A stretch of 64,000 bases of DNA from Harriotta raleighana (taxonomy: Eukaryota), in assembly GCA_050575255.1 (NCBI GenBank), contig JBNZDD010013568.1, positions 1,481,243-1,545,242 of the forward strand. Reading direction: 5' to 3'. Below, piece after piece: positions 23,606 through 37,640 of the stretch. The notes under the pieces were generated by a model. That model was not told where the DNA came from. It was given only the letters and a program-made list of their open reading frames with translations, and did not search any database. The position numbers and the translations under genes are program-made. Numbering within the stretch: position 1 is the first letter of the stretch; each line of letters starts with the position of its first letter.

Positions 23606-25439
23606 TAACCACAATTGACACCGTTACAACAGTATTTTGGGTCCATAAAATCCTCAGCCTCTCTAGTCACTCTTTGGGCATGGAAGGGGGGGAGTAGATC
23701 GCTTGCTAAATCCCCTACACTAATTCATTCATTGTGTACAGGAGCCTCACAGATTATCTACCGGATGTACAGTATAATGTGTAACAGCATCTGTATGGAA
23801 TGAGGTATGACTTGAGGCTGCCAATGTACAACTTGTTTAACCCCAGTTGGAAATGATATTGCTGTGTCTCCTCTCTCTCTCACTCTCTCGTCTCTGGATC
23901 CCCCCCCCACCCCCATCCCTGCCCGGTCTATTGTCAAACAGAACGAGATATTAAAAAATTAAAAAACTTCCAATGGCATAAAGTGGAAAGGCCATTTCCA
24001 AAGCTGTGTCTCTGAAATCCATTAGTTGGCATGCTGTGAGCACATGTAGACAGTAACTGTAGGTAGTACGTGTCTGTCTGTATGTCTCTTGCTCTTTCAC
24101 TCATGTCTGGTTTGGTTTTGGCCACATGCCAGCAGTTTTAAGTCCAAAGGATCCCCGAAGCTCATACTTGTCTGTTCTCTTACATATATTTCCTTGCCAG
24201 CAAATCCAACCAGACTTCGCCAGGCCGCGATGGTATTAGTGCTGGCATCCACCATCGACTCTGTGTCCGTTTCCATGATCACCAATCATGACACCGCAGC
24301 TCAGATTCAACCCTGGGTTGCTGTGCAGTGTCGTCTCACCAAAAGACAGTTTCTTCTTGTTCTTCTATTGCTTTGTCGTCCTCCAGGTGTTCAGAACCAG
24401 TGATAGTGTAGAAAGTGCAATCACAAGACACTTGGCTGTAATTGGGGTACAGGTAATTGGGGTACAGTAGGTGCTCTGAGAGAAGAGGCCACTGATCGAG
24501 AGCAAGCCCTCTGGCTCATCGTTCAGACTTGGGAGCAAAGGCCTTTCACATGATCACATGAGCAGTTCATATGGCAAAGCTTTAATGCTCCCAATGGAAT
24601 GGATGTAGGCCACTTATCACATCACTGAGAAGGTTTAGCTGTATTATACACTGCAGCACAAAGACTTTGAGAATGTGCAGAGTCATTGTTGTGTGTTGGA
24701 AGCTCTTTTTGGCTTCCACGCTGATTATTTATTTTCCGATGATTTCATTACTAATTCTCTGAGTCACCTCTGAGCAGATTTGGGCCTGTGTTTGCAGTAA
24801 CCTGGCTCCAAACTGATGAAGAGTCAGCAGCCTGGCATTTGCAAGATGGGTTTTCATTTGCCAAGGAGGCTGGGATGTTAAATTCTTTCAGTAATTATGT
24901 TATGTCTGTCTTGTTAGTGGCAGCGAGGTATTGGCAGCATTAACTCTAGTGGCAAACGATTGAGAGCCCCTTTCGGAAACCCAGCCACTGAGAAGCAAAG
25001 CAAATCTTACCCCACAACCTTGTATTAGAGACTTCCAGTGACACCACTCCATCAAAGGGAATTTACTTCGCCAAAGGCCCGGAGAGCCTGCCTTCAATTC
25101 CACTTAAGTAAGAAACACGCAATGAGCAGTGCGTCAGCGGGTAACAGTCTCTGGGAATCATTGAGACTAATTTAATGGTTTGAGTTGTGGTGGCACGTTG
25201 CCAGCATTCATCATGGAAAGACATCCCTGGCGCCAGTGCTATTCGTTTGGGGAGACAAACCTCACCTGCCTTCAATAAACTCATCTGTTACCTTCCCTGT
25301 TCCTGGATTCCTGAAACGCAGACAGGAAAGTCTGACCTTCCTATAAACCTGTCATTGGAGGACATTCCGATTGGCATTTGCCATCAGCGGGAGTGACGCA
25401 GGTTGCAAACTCATTCAACAAAAATTGGCCCCCATCCAA

Positions 25440-25650
25440 TGCCTTTCACCTGGGGAACGCTTCACAGAAATGGAGTGTAAACTCCACGGCAGATAAGATT
25501 TGGGGTGGGCATGGTTGGAGGGAGGTGGCCAAAGGGTTGGCTGAAGAATTAGTGTTTTAGAAGGGTTCAGAATACAGAGAGGGAGGACGTGAGGTGGAGA
25601 GAGTCCAGCTATCAGGGGTGAAAGCTTGAATGTTAATCACAGGACAGAGG
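25440..25650 (-). mobile_element. Old L2 LINE 3' end
   Basis: gcctttcacctggggaacgcttcacag...gaggtggccaaagggttggctgaag; the minus strand reads QAFTPDSWTLST. Confidence 0.55.
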
Positions 25651-25730
25651 ATTGTAGTTGTGTGCCAAGCTTTTGAGCAATGACATGAATCTAAACAGCT
25701 TGAATATTTAAAGGGCAATACTGGACGCAA

Positions 25731-25822
25731 TAATAATACTTGCATTTGCTGTAGCGCTTTTCACATTGTAATCACAGAATACACTGTAAAGTAAATTGAC
25801 TGTATATTTGTGGGCGAAACAT
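25731..25822 (-). mobile_element. SINE 3' tail
   Basis: taataatacttgcatttgctgtagcgcttttcac...cacagaatacactgtaaagtaaattgactgtatatttgtgggcgaaac. Confidence 0.8.
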
Positions 25823-26554
25823 ATCATGAACCTTCCTTCCATCCATCTTGAGATGTAAAACACATTTTAGGAATTAGGATTTCTGGAATCTGCCATCCTT
25901 TTTCTTTTACTCAGTGAGGGAACACCCTGCAGCGGTTTCTGGCTCTGCCCGACACAGAGGTGACTGCTCATCTGACCAGAAGGGATCTGAACACTCACTG
26001 ATTGCCTCTTGCTCACTAACCCATCTAACCGCTCATTCTCTTCTCAACAATCTGATGTTGGGTCAACGCTAAAGCTTCTCACATTGCCCCAAGTCTGACT
26101 TCAGCTGCCTGGCCGTCTCTTCCCAATAGCTTTCCTCTGATTCTGCTCCTCAGGGTACAAATCAGCAGAGATACGTGCTCAGCTTTCTCTAAAATATGAA
26201 AGTGGCTGTCTGTCCCAGTGCCTGGAGGTTTCCTCTTTGCTGTGAAATCTGAACGATTGTGCTATTAAACTTCTCATGCTGTTCACTCTTGTGTCTCATT
26301 GGATATCCAATTGATCTTTGTAAATCACCAGACAGTATCCAGTATCTGCCAGCGGATGAGTGCGGTGATCAGATGATCTGAGCCTCAAATACTTCCAGTC
26401 CCTTCACACAGAGGTTATTTCAGCCCGAGCACATTCCCTTACCTCTCACTTTATCTCCACTCTCTTTGTGTTTGGTTCAGTTGTTTTAACCTAAAGCTTT
26501 AAGCTTGTTACATTTTCACTCATCTACCGTTTGGCCTAGGAGGCTCTCTCTTGT

Positions 26555-26740
26555 TGAGGCTCTCCCACTCTCTCCTAAATTCCCTTAGTCTTGGCCCTTC
26601 CCTCTTAAGCTTTCAAAACCCTCTACAGCCCTCTCCCGTGTGTCTCTCCCTGCTTGTGTTTGCACTCCATCTCCACGAAGCATTGGAGGTATTATTCTGT
26701 GTAAACGTTGATGCTAATTGCAGGTTGATGTTGTTGTTGA
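26555..26740 (+). mobile_element. Old L2 LINE 3' end
   Basis: ctaaattcccttagtcttggcccttccctc..ttcaaaaccctc followed by tail gaagcattggagg...tgcaggttgatgttgttg. Confidence 0.55.
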
Positions 26741-29139
26741 GATGGCTAACGCCTCGCCAAAAAGCCACAGGAGAGGTGGTGAGGGGGTGGGGGGTGGTGT
26801 GGAGTGGGTGACAGCTTGAGACAGAAAACTAACAGCGCAGTTCATTCACAGGGAATCCAGTGGAAGGAACTAAGATTCAGAAAGAGAGAGGACAAGAGAG
26901 CAGGGAGGCGATGGGGGCGACAGATAAATATTACAGCAGTTCATAACACATTCCTTTGCTAATTCTCACAAGGAAAAGAATATGAGATGTCACAAACTTT
27001 ATCCCGTTATATTTAATCTTCCAATAATAATCTTTACAGCAGCCATAATGTGGAAATGTCTCAAAGCGCCTCACAATTAATTGCCATCAAGTGTAGTAAC
27101 TGTGTGTTTTACTATATGCCATTCTTTGCTCTGCAAGCTTGAGCTCACTCACAAATTGATTTATTTTATCCTAAACTGTTCATCCCCCTTTTCACTTAAG
27201 TTTCTGTGGAGAAACACAGTATTGTGGATTTTCTGCTTTATATAACCGTTCCATTGTCATTGTCATTTTGCTGCCTCTCTTTCTAAGCCTGAAATTCATC
27301 TGAACGTCAGTAATAATTTATATCGCCAACTCTGTCAGATCAACAGCTTGGACCCCAGCAGCAAGCCCAAGGCTCCTTAAACCTTGCTCTCCGCTCCATC
27401 CTTTGATTCATGGAAGAATAAAATCAAGGTGTTGCTGGAAATAGACTTGAAATCTTCTGACAGCTTTGGAAGATGTAGTGTCGTGATGGAGGGGGAAAGA
27501 TTGCAAATGCTATCGCAGAGCTGTCAGCTTCAATGACATCAGTGTCTGTCAGAACAAAGCCAATCTTCTTTTCATATGTCTTTGTCTGAATTATCGCTTA
27601 GTGCTTTGATAAATTGTCTGAGAAATTTTCCCAAGCTGCCACACCTGATTACAAGATGTAGAGATTTTTTTCTTTTGTTGGGTTCCCTGCCCAGGCAGCT
27701 CCAGTCCCTGACAAACTGTTCCCATCAGGGCGTGAGTTGAGGGAAAGGGTGAAGGTTAGGGATCGGTGTGGGTCAGGCTTCTTGATCCAAATAAAGAGAA
27801 ATGGCCGTTAGATACCTGCTTTAAAATGTACATTGAAATCTGCAGACGTGTAGATATTAGTCACTCAGCATACCACCAGCGCCTTGGGGCGTTCTCCCGA
27901 CGTGAAAGTCACTCTATACATGTAATTTGGTTATTATTTTGTTGTTGTTCATCACACCCCACTGAGGCTGCTCGTGAAGATCACAGGGGGCAGGAGAGGC
28001 ACCTGCTATACGATGGGTTTGGTTTATCTTGTACATTTATGATCTTGGTAGAAAATGACTCTCAGTGTGCAGCTCTCAGTAGCAGTTTGGTTTGGAGACT
28101 CCTTTAGCTGGTACAATGTTCTTGTACATGTCAGACACCTGGCCGTCTATCTTAATCCCAACTCGCATCAGATCGGCAGCCTCTTGTTTCCCTGTTCATG
28201 AGGGGCCCAATCTAATTCCCTTTAATAATACTCCAGGTTTGAGGGATTTTTGTTCAGGAAGCAAATTACTGGAATGCTTTGCATGATCCTAAAAAATGAC
28301 TGGGTCCAAACGATTAAATATAATCTTTAAAAAGTCTATTTTATATCGTCATTTAATCCTTTGAAACAAAGAAGCTAAACCACTGGAGATGAGATGGAGC
28401 AGATGCTAATTTGCTAAAAAAAAAAAAAAAAAATCCTCTTTGAATGTGAACTTGTTTTATTGAAGCGGGAGATGAAAGAGCAGGCTGCCAGTCTACATTA
28501 TTCCACGCTTTCTTCTACTGAATTGCACACTACCAGTAATGCTGCTGGGGGCCTTAATGTCCTGATTCTCTATTCCTTTTGCTTCATTATCCAACATCCC
28601 AGGAGAGCCTCCAGGGAGATGTGCTACAAGAATTGGCTTTCATTCTCAATCTGTAAACCCTCCAGCTGTCGACCTCATGCCATGGTAAATAACAAGATGC
28701 AAACCGTCTTGTCTTTGAGTTCAGTATCCATAACGATCACTTCTCTATGGCCTTCATTAGGTCAGAGGAAGCCTGATAACTCAGCTCGGGTACGCAGTGG
28801 AAAGGATATTACCGCAGTCCAATGTGCCAATGGATTCATCAAATCGGCTTATTACGGAAAATAAAGTATTACACTATCTGGGCCAAAATAGGAAGCATTG
28901 GCCTTTTAACTGCTGTGCAAGCCTGCAATTTATAACCCATTTACATTGGCGTCTTTAATTCAGTTAATTAGAACTGACTACATGGACCACAGTTGTTCAG
29001 TCTCTGTGGATCTGCTGGAGTGTAGGAGATACTAACTGGAAAAACAAACGTCAACCTGGAATAATGGATGTAAATGGGTAATAAATTGCTGGCTTGTACA
29101 GCAGTTAAAAGAACCACACCTTCAGGTACGCAGGACAAG

Positions 29140-29325
29140 AACACAGCGTCTTTCATGTCGAGAGGACATCCCAAGGCTCTGCATGATCAGGGATTGCACC
29201 CCAGCGGGGGGTTGGGATCAGGAGGGGTGGAAGGGAAAGGAAAGGAGGGAGGGGGTAAAAGGGTGACCGAAGAGGTGGGTCTTGAAACGTGCCTTGAAGG
29301 AGGCAGGAAGGCAAAGTGACTGGAG
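29140..29325 (-). mobile_element. L2 LINE 3' end
   Basis: The minus ORF reads LCLPASFKARFKTHLFGHP, then a pyrimidine-rich UTR and gccttgggatgtcc tail. Confidence 0.75.
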
Positions 29326-30479
29326 AAGCAAGAGAGCACAAACTGTATTTCCTCTAACGTGGAAGGAATGATTGGACAAGGACAGGATTAAGGTCCGACC
29401 ATAATGCACCCCCCCCCTCCCACAGTTGGAACCCATTAGGACTGAAGATGTGTTGAAAGCACAAATGTGCCATAACATCGACAGTGAGAGGATACGACGA
29501 GGAAAGGAGAGAGGCAGCTGACGTCACACATCTGCTCTGTGCTGTCTTGATGTTTTCTGAACCTGAAACATAAATCTCAGGCAAAACACACCAGCAATTT
29601 GTGGGCATTGGTAGGGAATCCGATTGGGTAATTATAAATAAATAGCAGGCTTCCTGTCCGTTAATTCTAGTTGATTTCTTTTTGCTAAATAAACAGGCGC
29701 TGGGTTAGTCTCAGTGGAGAGAGGCTGTGTGGCAGGCCCTCTGGCAACGAGAGCTGTAATAAAGCTTGATTGGTGACCGCCATCCGACCCACATCAGCTC
29801 CAATCTCACTTTCAATCAGTTTTGCTGATCAGCCGTCCAGCAAATACTGTAGCTCGGAGCTAGAGGTTTCCTGAACACTTTTACTGCCAATAAAAACATA
29901 ACATATGATGCAGAAACACAAACAGAATGACTTTATGAATGCCTTTATTCCCTGGGATGACTTCCTGGAGGTCAGTGTGATTTAATGAGGTACAGCAGTT
30001 TAAAAGGTATATAATTTCACATAGCAAGCACTTAAGAATTGATTTCATATTAAGATCATATCATTGCAGGCTTGTATATTAATGCTTAGCGTTCATTGAT
30101 AGTGCTTCTTTCAAATATCATTCTACTCTTATATAGATACGATGTCTGGCCATCGATTGTATTAGTGCCTGGCTGATCGTCTCCATAAAACTGTGCTCCT
30201 CCCTAAACCCACACGATAATGGGCTACAATATGGGGAGTTCCTTAATGTGTTCATGTAACAGTATCACCATAATTAATGTTGCTTAGTGTGAGCTTACCA
30301 TTCCTACCTTTCACTAAGCCCTGACTGACCAGGCTGTGTTAATGCCAACACTGTTGAAGAAAAGGGTAAAGGAAAGTCCACAAATTGTTCTGCTATTTTC
30401 CACATTTCTAAAACAGACAGTTGGCAGCAAAATGGCTACCTATCACCTTGGGTCAAGGGCCATTTTCCTTCTCTTCTCC

Positions 30480-30720
30480 TCTGGACAAAGTTAATATCTT
30501 GTAGATTCGTATAAGAATGATTTTCAAGGCTTTCGAGCCCCGGCTTCTCATGTTGCTATGTATAGGTCAGGCTGTAATGCTGGGGATCAGCCTCGTGGCT
30601 CTCTCCTGTATTGTCTCTCCAGACCACGATGCCCAGAAGTGTCACAGTGACCAGACCTGTCCGCACTGCTCCAAGGCTCTGTACGGCCAGAGCTCAACAC
30701 ACAGAGATCTCAGCAGCACT
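30480..30720 (-). mobile_element. CR1 ORF2 fragment (decayed)
   Basis: The minus strand resembles YRAL...HFWASWSGETIQERATRLIPSI, i.e. CR1 LYKALVRPHLEYCVQFW.P..../VQRRATRLIP. Confidence 0.65.
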
Positions 30721-32492
30721 GTTCAGGAGATGTGGCCATCACAGCGATGAACAGAGAGTGAATGCGATTGATTTGACCATTATTTAAGCGTTCCTCCTTT
30801 TATCTCAATGACTTTTTAATCTTACTCCCTCGCTAGCTCCGGTCCCAAGATCTGAAATGATTCGATTTGGACAGTAATCTCAGGACACGAAAGCTATGTT
30901 TAGTGATAATGATAGATGCTGACCTGGTGCTGATGTAGTTCAGCAGCTCAGCGATTACGCTGTCATGTCCGTACCTCGGCCACGACCTCTCCTTCTTGAA
31001 ACAACATTTTTCTCAAAATCGGTGAAAAACGAAGGATGACGTTTTTCTTAGTTTGTGTAAAGTTTGATGTTCGCTGAGAAACAGAATCACTTTGTCCAGG
31101 AAACGAATGAGTCACATCCCACGTTGTCCCCTGTCAACAATAGCATGAGAGAGAATCTGCTATTCGCTGCGCTTTTTGTCTGAGTGAATGCAAAACAAAG
31201 TCATTTTCCAAGCTTTTTTTTGGTGTCGTTTTCCCCGTTTGCTGGCACTAGTGATTGCTCCTTCCCTCCATCTGAAGCTCCATCTGGACTCCGCTGCCTC
31301 TCCACATCCAGGGAATTCAGCAGACGCCTTCAGCTCGGATTCTAAAAGAGAAATAAATAGCCTTGAAACGAGTCGCCTCCAAGGGGAGCTTTTGGAGAGA
31401 TTGCACATAAGCTGTTTTACGGGTTAGAGAGATTAAACCCAGAACAATACTGCCAGGCAAATCAAAGCAGCAAGACAAGAGCTCACAGGTTCAGACGGGT
31501 GGGGGGGGGGGATGAAGCAATTTCAGGGCAAACACCAGGAAGTATTTCTTTATCCAGAGGGTAATTTAACAGCTGGAGAAACACCAATTTACATTGATAA
31601 AGCGCCTTTTACATCGAGAGAAAGTCTCAAAGTGTCTCCCACTGCTAACTGCTCTCTAGTACACTGCCCTGTGCGAGGGGCGCTATATAAATGCAAGTTG
31701 TTGTTGGCTTTGAGCCCGGAGAGCTTGGTTGCATTTAGGATGTGAAACTCATTCAACAAAACAGATCGACTGGAACGTTTCCTGACAACTTAGTGCCATC
31801 TGCTCATCAAACTATGTGACACTGGCTCCCTGAATCCAGGGCATTAATGTATGTAAACAGTGTGTGGAGACATCACTCTGCTCCTTGAGTGGGGTGGGGG
31901 GGGAATGGGGGGACGGACAGGAAGAGAAGGAGCATTGACCTCAGAGCCCTAGGATATGGAAGGTTTCTGGCCTAAGATCCCAGATTCCTCATGGACTTAG
32001 CATTTGCATGTAAGATGTGTGCATTTATTCCTAGGGCAGCAACAAAGTTATGTGGTCTCTTCTGACAAGGTTGCACATTCCATCGAGCGTCATGAGGTAC
32101 GGACATCATAAGGCCAGCGTATCATGGGTCGTGGCTTTGGCACTTTCCTGTAAAGAGAGACTAATGAGTACCAGGAAATAATTACAAGGCGGGAATTCAA
32201 TCAGGCAGTTCAGATGGTTTATATCAAGAATAATGGATCTCTGGCAGTGATTAGGAGACTGCAATGTAATCTGCACTTCGGATGGTTTGTACAGTGAATA
32301 ATGGTTACGTGGGAGTGATTCCAAGGATGTAATCTCATTTAGACGCGGAGAGCATGGCATAGCTGAAAGAGGTATAGTGTGGAGGAGTGAGGGCAGGATC
32401 CATCAGAGTTCCTATTCATGGCTGCTGGCCACAGGCCAAGACTGAAAGCTGTGCGTGTGGGCATTGACCAAGCGTGGCACTGAGCGAGGAAA

Positions 32493-32680
32493 ATAATAAT
32501 AATAATCTTTGCATTTGATATAGTGCCTGTCACATCGGGGGGGGGATGGATCAAAGCACTACACACAATTTACTGTAAATTGTAGGCATCCAATTTGTGC
32601 TTAGCAATTTCCCACAAACAGCCATGTAATGAGTGGCTCGGAGTAGGACACAGGAGAAACTCCCTTCTCTTCTCAAACAC
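32493..32680 (-). mobile_element. Deu-domain SINE 3' half
   Basis: (aat)n-ctttgcatttgatatagtgcc...tcccacaaacagcc...caggagaaactccc. Confidence 0.7.
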
Positions 32681-33009
32681 TACCACTCAGTAAAACTACC
32701 ACTACCACCCCGTTTATCCGTGACCAGATCAACCTCGACCCCCCTCCCCGGGGCAATTCCCCATTCCAGCAACCGCGAGTTTGCTCACTTTGCATCTGCG
32801 TGCAATGCGTACGTATGTGCACTTAGTAAACTTCCGAACTTGTTTTTTTTTACCAACCCCCAAAAACTATATTTTTTACCGATCTTTTTCGTGACTGGGC
32901 TGGAATGCTTTATTGGTAAGTACGCACAATATTCTGTTACTATGTAGTCTATTATTAACATGACATGTTTTAAAATAAGTTTATATTTTATGTTGGGTTT
33001 TCGGCGACT

Positions 33010-33130
33010 TCTCCTTTCACGTAAGGAGGACATCCCAAGGCACTGAACAGTCAGGTGTCGAGACCCGAGCATGAGGGAGGGGCAGGGTAGGGTTGAGGGG
33101 AGGCAGAGAAGTTGGAGGACATCTGAAGGC
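33010..33130 (-). mobile_element. L2 LINE 3' tail
   Basis: catcccaaggcactgaacagtcaggtgtcgagacccgagc, the reverse complement of the L2 UTR at 7920-7955. Confidence 0.7.
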
Positions 33131-33164
33131 ACGTCTTTCTTTCTGACTCGGAGGCAAGAGTGAA

Positions 33165-33225
33165 GATGGCATTGAGTAAGGATGGTATTGAGTCAGGATG
33201 GCATTAAATCACGATGGCATGGAGC
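33165..33225. repeat. Degenerate 16-bp tandem repeat, about 4 copies
   Basis: gatggcattgagtaag / gatggtattgagtcag / gatggcattaaatcac / gatggcatggagc. Confidence 0.75.
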
Positions 33226-35065
33226 TTGTGATTCTTCGTCTATCCGATCGCAAATCATGCTGATATGCGTGGCTTGTCAGCCTGTTTTATACAATGATGT
33301 GGATTCCAGATAGCTTTTATAGCAGTGTGAGCGATTGACACCTGTAATGAGTGATTGATTGGACAGTGAGGGAGTGAGCGAGCGAGCGATCAATCGATCA
33401 GCCAGATTGGGTTGGGAGCTTGGAAACCAAAGGTCAGCTGGGTTTTCCAAGAAGCCTTCCACACATCAGCATTCTCTAGTTACAACAACAACAAGATGAC
33501 ACTTGTACAGCACCTTCACATAAGGAGGATGTCCCAAATCAATTTAACAATTCTCTCACATTGAATGATCCCGCCAATACACTCCACTCTCTCCCCAACC
33601 TCCCACTCCACTCCCCCCAACCTCCCACTCCACTCCCCCCAACCTCCCACTCCACTCCCTACCCCCTTCCCCCACCCTCATCCAACCTTCACTTTTCCAA
33701 TACAATCACAGAATATTTAATGGCAGAGAGGACCAGTGTTACACAGGAGTATCAGCCTGAAATGCCATGTAACCTAACAAAGTATGATCATGTCAAATCT
33801 ATTAAGAGAGATTGCACTTTTTACCCAGTGGGAACACATCAAAGAAAGTTATAGAATTAAGTCTGGGTTCTTGTCAACTTGCTGCGATTTTTGCACTTGT
33901 CTTTCTGCGTGCCCAGACACAGCTCCGATCAACACAGCTTCAACGCAGCAAGATTGCTTCTTGTTTTACTGCATTCCCTTTACCCTACGCTGTAATTACT
34001 TCCATCAGCACTTTAATTCAATCACTGAGCCTGAGAGACAACGGGGGAATTAATGCCTGGTTTGTGAAGTGGGTCCCCAGAAACTAGTTCAAAACCAGAC
34101 GAGCTGTGCAAGGCAACTTTCAATGTGGCTGCTCACATGCTGAACCTGGCTTTTGTCTTCCTTCGCTGACAACATATTAACCACAGCCATCACCTATCTG
34201 CACGGGCCCCACACCTGATCTCAATCCCCACAATGACTCAATCGCCAAACTTGGGAGTTGAAGACCACACAATGTCACTGTGAGAGGCAACCAGGCTCTA
34301 GGCCTTTGGTAATTACACACAGACACGATTGAGATATTCGACACTTGAGACGCTGATGGGCACTGTGGGGTCAGTACCACAGAACACTGCGTTTATACAT
34401 CACCTTCCACACTGTATCAAAGCAATGATTGTTATTTATGATGATCACGATATTCCTTCCTGTGGTTAAGAATGTGCTAAGACCATTAATAAAACGTTAT
34501 ATAAATCTCCCTGAAGCCCAATGTTTCTCATCCAGCAAGGCGTCATTTCAGAGGCTGACACCACCTTTTCCTGGGTGTTTTTATTTATTGGTATTATTGT
34601 TATAATCCTCCTCTGTATCACAAGCGCTGTTTATGTAGTATAAGGTGCCCTCAGTAACACAGCCCCATGCAGTAATGTACTGTTCCTACAGATCTCAAGG
34701 ACAATGTCACAGGAAATCTGGGCTGCAGCTTAATGTCTCTGCCCGTTTGTTCATGAATATAAAAGCAGAGACTTATTCCTGGATACACACTGTCATCTTG
34801 TGGTACAAGGGCAGAACAGCATGTCGATGGGCATCTAAAACATGAACTATTTCTTCCCATTGGAATTTCGTACGGATTGCTCCAAGAGTGCAAATATTAA
34901 TGGCAGTTTTTATTAGTTCTTATAATCCCTCTTGATGGAATCTGTGTTACAAGAAATTGGTGTTGTAGAACCCTTGTGGTAGTCATTTGGGTTGTGTTGA
35001 ATTCACTGCCAAGAAAGTCATTTCATCTCAACCAAACGGCCGGTCTCATCATAATTAATAACAGC

Positions 35066-35069
<4 letters not shown>

Positions 35070-35110
<41 letters not shown>

Positions 35111-35118
35111 TGTGTGTG
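35070..35118. repeat. (TG)n microsatellite (others at about 21826, 42128, 59847, 60437)
   Basis: Read directly from the sequence. Confidence 0.9.
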
Positions 35119-36894
35119 AGACGCATGCTGTCGAGCATATATTGGCTGTAAATATTCACTGATTGAGTGTCTTGACACACGTGGAAACTCATCACCTCAT
35201 CACGTAAGACCACAAACCAAACCAAACCACTAGGAGTTCCACATTCGTAAGGAACCTTCTGGGTCAGCTCTAAGGATCGCTTAAGACCCTTATATCTGAA
35301 CGAGAGATACAACTGACCCTTATCTCTCCCGTTCAGATATTCCAATTGATCTGCCTATCCAGCCTTTGTGTACTGGACATCCTCCCATTGTGAAAGCCTC
35401 TCTCCAGTTGTAATTTTGCTGTTGTTCTATGGTACCATCACCCTCCGTGCAAGCTTCTCCGGCGTCGACATTCCATCCTCACAGCCCTCGCTCAGCCTTT
35501 TATTTGCCATAGGTATTGAAGTAATTGGCATCACGCAGCCATAAAATACAGATTGAATCTCCCAGTCAACTGTTTTGAGGATTATACGTATCGATCGCTC
35601 GTCTCTGGAGATGCACCAATTCCAATAATACGATGGAACATCTTTAATGAGAGTTCAATGGTTCTCTTTAAAAGCAGATCACTGGAGACAGACAGAGCAA
35701 TGCAGACAGGCACTAATGTAGCAGAATCCCCAAAGAGCTCAGAGTTAAACCTGCAGATAAATTGTGCAGGGGCCCTGTGTTCCACATCCAGGTGATAACC
35801 TGAAATCAGTCTCTTTGGTTTGTTCGCAATGGATGCTCACCTCTCAGATGCACTGTTGAATTCTTGCTGCTTTTGGATTGTGTTGTTAAATTGAAGCACC
35901 ACCTGCCATGTGATTGAGAGGGGTTTAAAGGGACATCAAGTTACACTGTTAGCGTTATTATTTCTGAGCAAAGAAGATGTGTGTGTGTGTGTTGGCAGTT
36001 GTCCTATGATAGGGATGTGCTGGCTTCCACTGTCCCTACAATAATTCAGCAGAAAAGGAGCCCGATCTCTCAAATCCAGTACTGTACTGTATGCTTCTTT
36101 AAATTAAGTAAATAAAGTGAAAATAGGAATTCCTCAGAGCATTATAAAACGTAGTTCACACAGCCAGCAACCAGTTTCAGATTAGAACCAGCCAGGGATT
36201 TGGACAACGATATCTGTCAAATAGAATTAATTATAATTGTACTAATTTTCCTGTAATGGATTAATTATAATAGCATTGGGGAGTCACAGGAAGCCCTCCA
36301 TTCTGTGAGACGTCGCTGACCAATCTCTCTGCCCCCACAGACACTCGTGTTACCACATGTTTATTAGGAAGGAAAAATATCCTTTAATTCTATAATAACT
36401 CAAGAAGAAAACACCGATACTCGGCGTGAAAAGGAATCCCTAAAATCCTTCACATTGATGTGGACAGGAAGTCTGGACTGCCCTCCCCACCCGGGCATAT
36501 TTGTAGATCACCTCCAGGCTGGGTGAGGATCATCATTCCAGCTGTTATAGGGAGCACTGAGAGAGAGATAAGCAGAAAATATAATTTAGTGTTGAGAAGA
36601 CGGGATTGGTGTAAGAATACATAATGAAAGTTAAACCTGTTAAATCAAGCGCAGCAGAAAAAGAGCCAGGTGTAATTGTTCAGCAAATATTGAAAGTATA
36701 ATTTAATTTGACATTAGTAATTACTAAGCCACACGGAAAATCAGGGTGTAAATAGATCCTCACAGTGGATATCCAGTGGCCTGCCATCATGGGAAGGTCT
36801 GATTCTGTCTTTGAGACATTGATTCTCACTGAAGACGCTGTAGAGTACAAGTTCTCATTGATTCCTCTTTTGCTGTCGAATTTCGGGCGGGAAT

Positions 36895-37220
36895 GTGGTA
36901 GCCAGATAGCCCAGTGTGACCACAGACACAGTCGAAGAGGATGGTTCTTCGAGCGGGACCTGAAAATGGGGGGAGGGGTGGAGGCGGGTCAAGGCAAATG
37001 GATTAACAGACAGACTTCTATAGCTTCGGGGCATAGTGGCTGAAAGTATGGTCGCCGATGCTGAGGCAGTGACAAGGAGGAGGCTGGAGTCAGTTGAGGG
37101 GAGACAGCGGGTAATAGTACTGGGTAGGGAAAGAACAGGTTGGAGAAATAGAGGGTTAACAAGAGTGTGAAGCATTTTAAATACAAGAGTCAGGATTTGG
37201 ATATCAATCTGCTCTGCGAC
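36895..37220 (-). mobile_element. L2 LINE ORF2 C-terminal fragment
   Basis: Across frames the minus strand reads QSRLISK..LYLKCF / LPSTDSSLLLV / IGDHTFSHYAPKL / TILFDCVCGH. Confidence 0.75.
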
Positions 37221-37249
37221 AAAATAAAAGTGTGTCTAGCTGATTTCCA

Positions 37250-37640
37250 CTCGCCCATTCCCTCGCAATTCCAGTCAAATCCTTTCCCTCTGAAGAGCTT
37301 CTGAATGCTCTTCATGTTTGATTGTGTTTTTCCCGGCCGTCAACAAACAGAGAAAAATGCCCATTGGATTGGCGAGAGGCCAGCTCCCAAAGTAATTTGA
37401 GTCAATAAAACCGAAGGTTTGAAGCGAAACTCGTCCTTGATGCAAACAGTAAGAATCCAAGCTGTATCTGAGTTCAGTGGGAAAAACTCAGGAAAGTCCC
37501 ATACTGCTACCTTGTGGTAACACAGCCCCATCACAAGGTTTCTCGAGCTCCGGAAGAACGTTAGCTCAATATAGTCCATGCTCCTCTCAACTGAAACAGA
37601 GGATTTAATGTCCAGAGCTCCCACAGATGCCTCCTCCACT
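37250..37640 (-). mobile_element. Possible decayed CR1 apurinic-endonuclease domain
   Basis: The ORF reads VGALDIK...NLVMGLCYH..VAVWDFP...ILTVCIKDEF, resembling GVALYIK / VG.CYRPP / GDFN.P / FL.C..D.FL. Confidence 0.4.

Noticed and set aside
30517-30750. Apparent plus-strand exon after ...ttgtctctccag
   Set aside because: Better explained as the antisense strand of a CR1 RT fragment.
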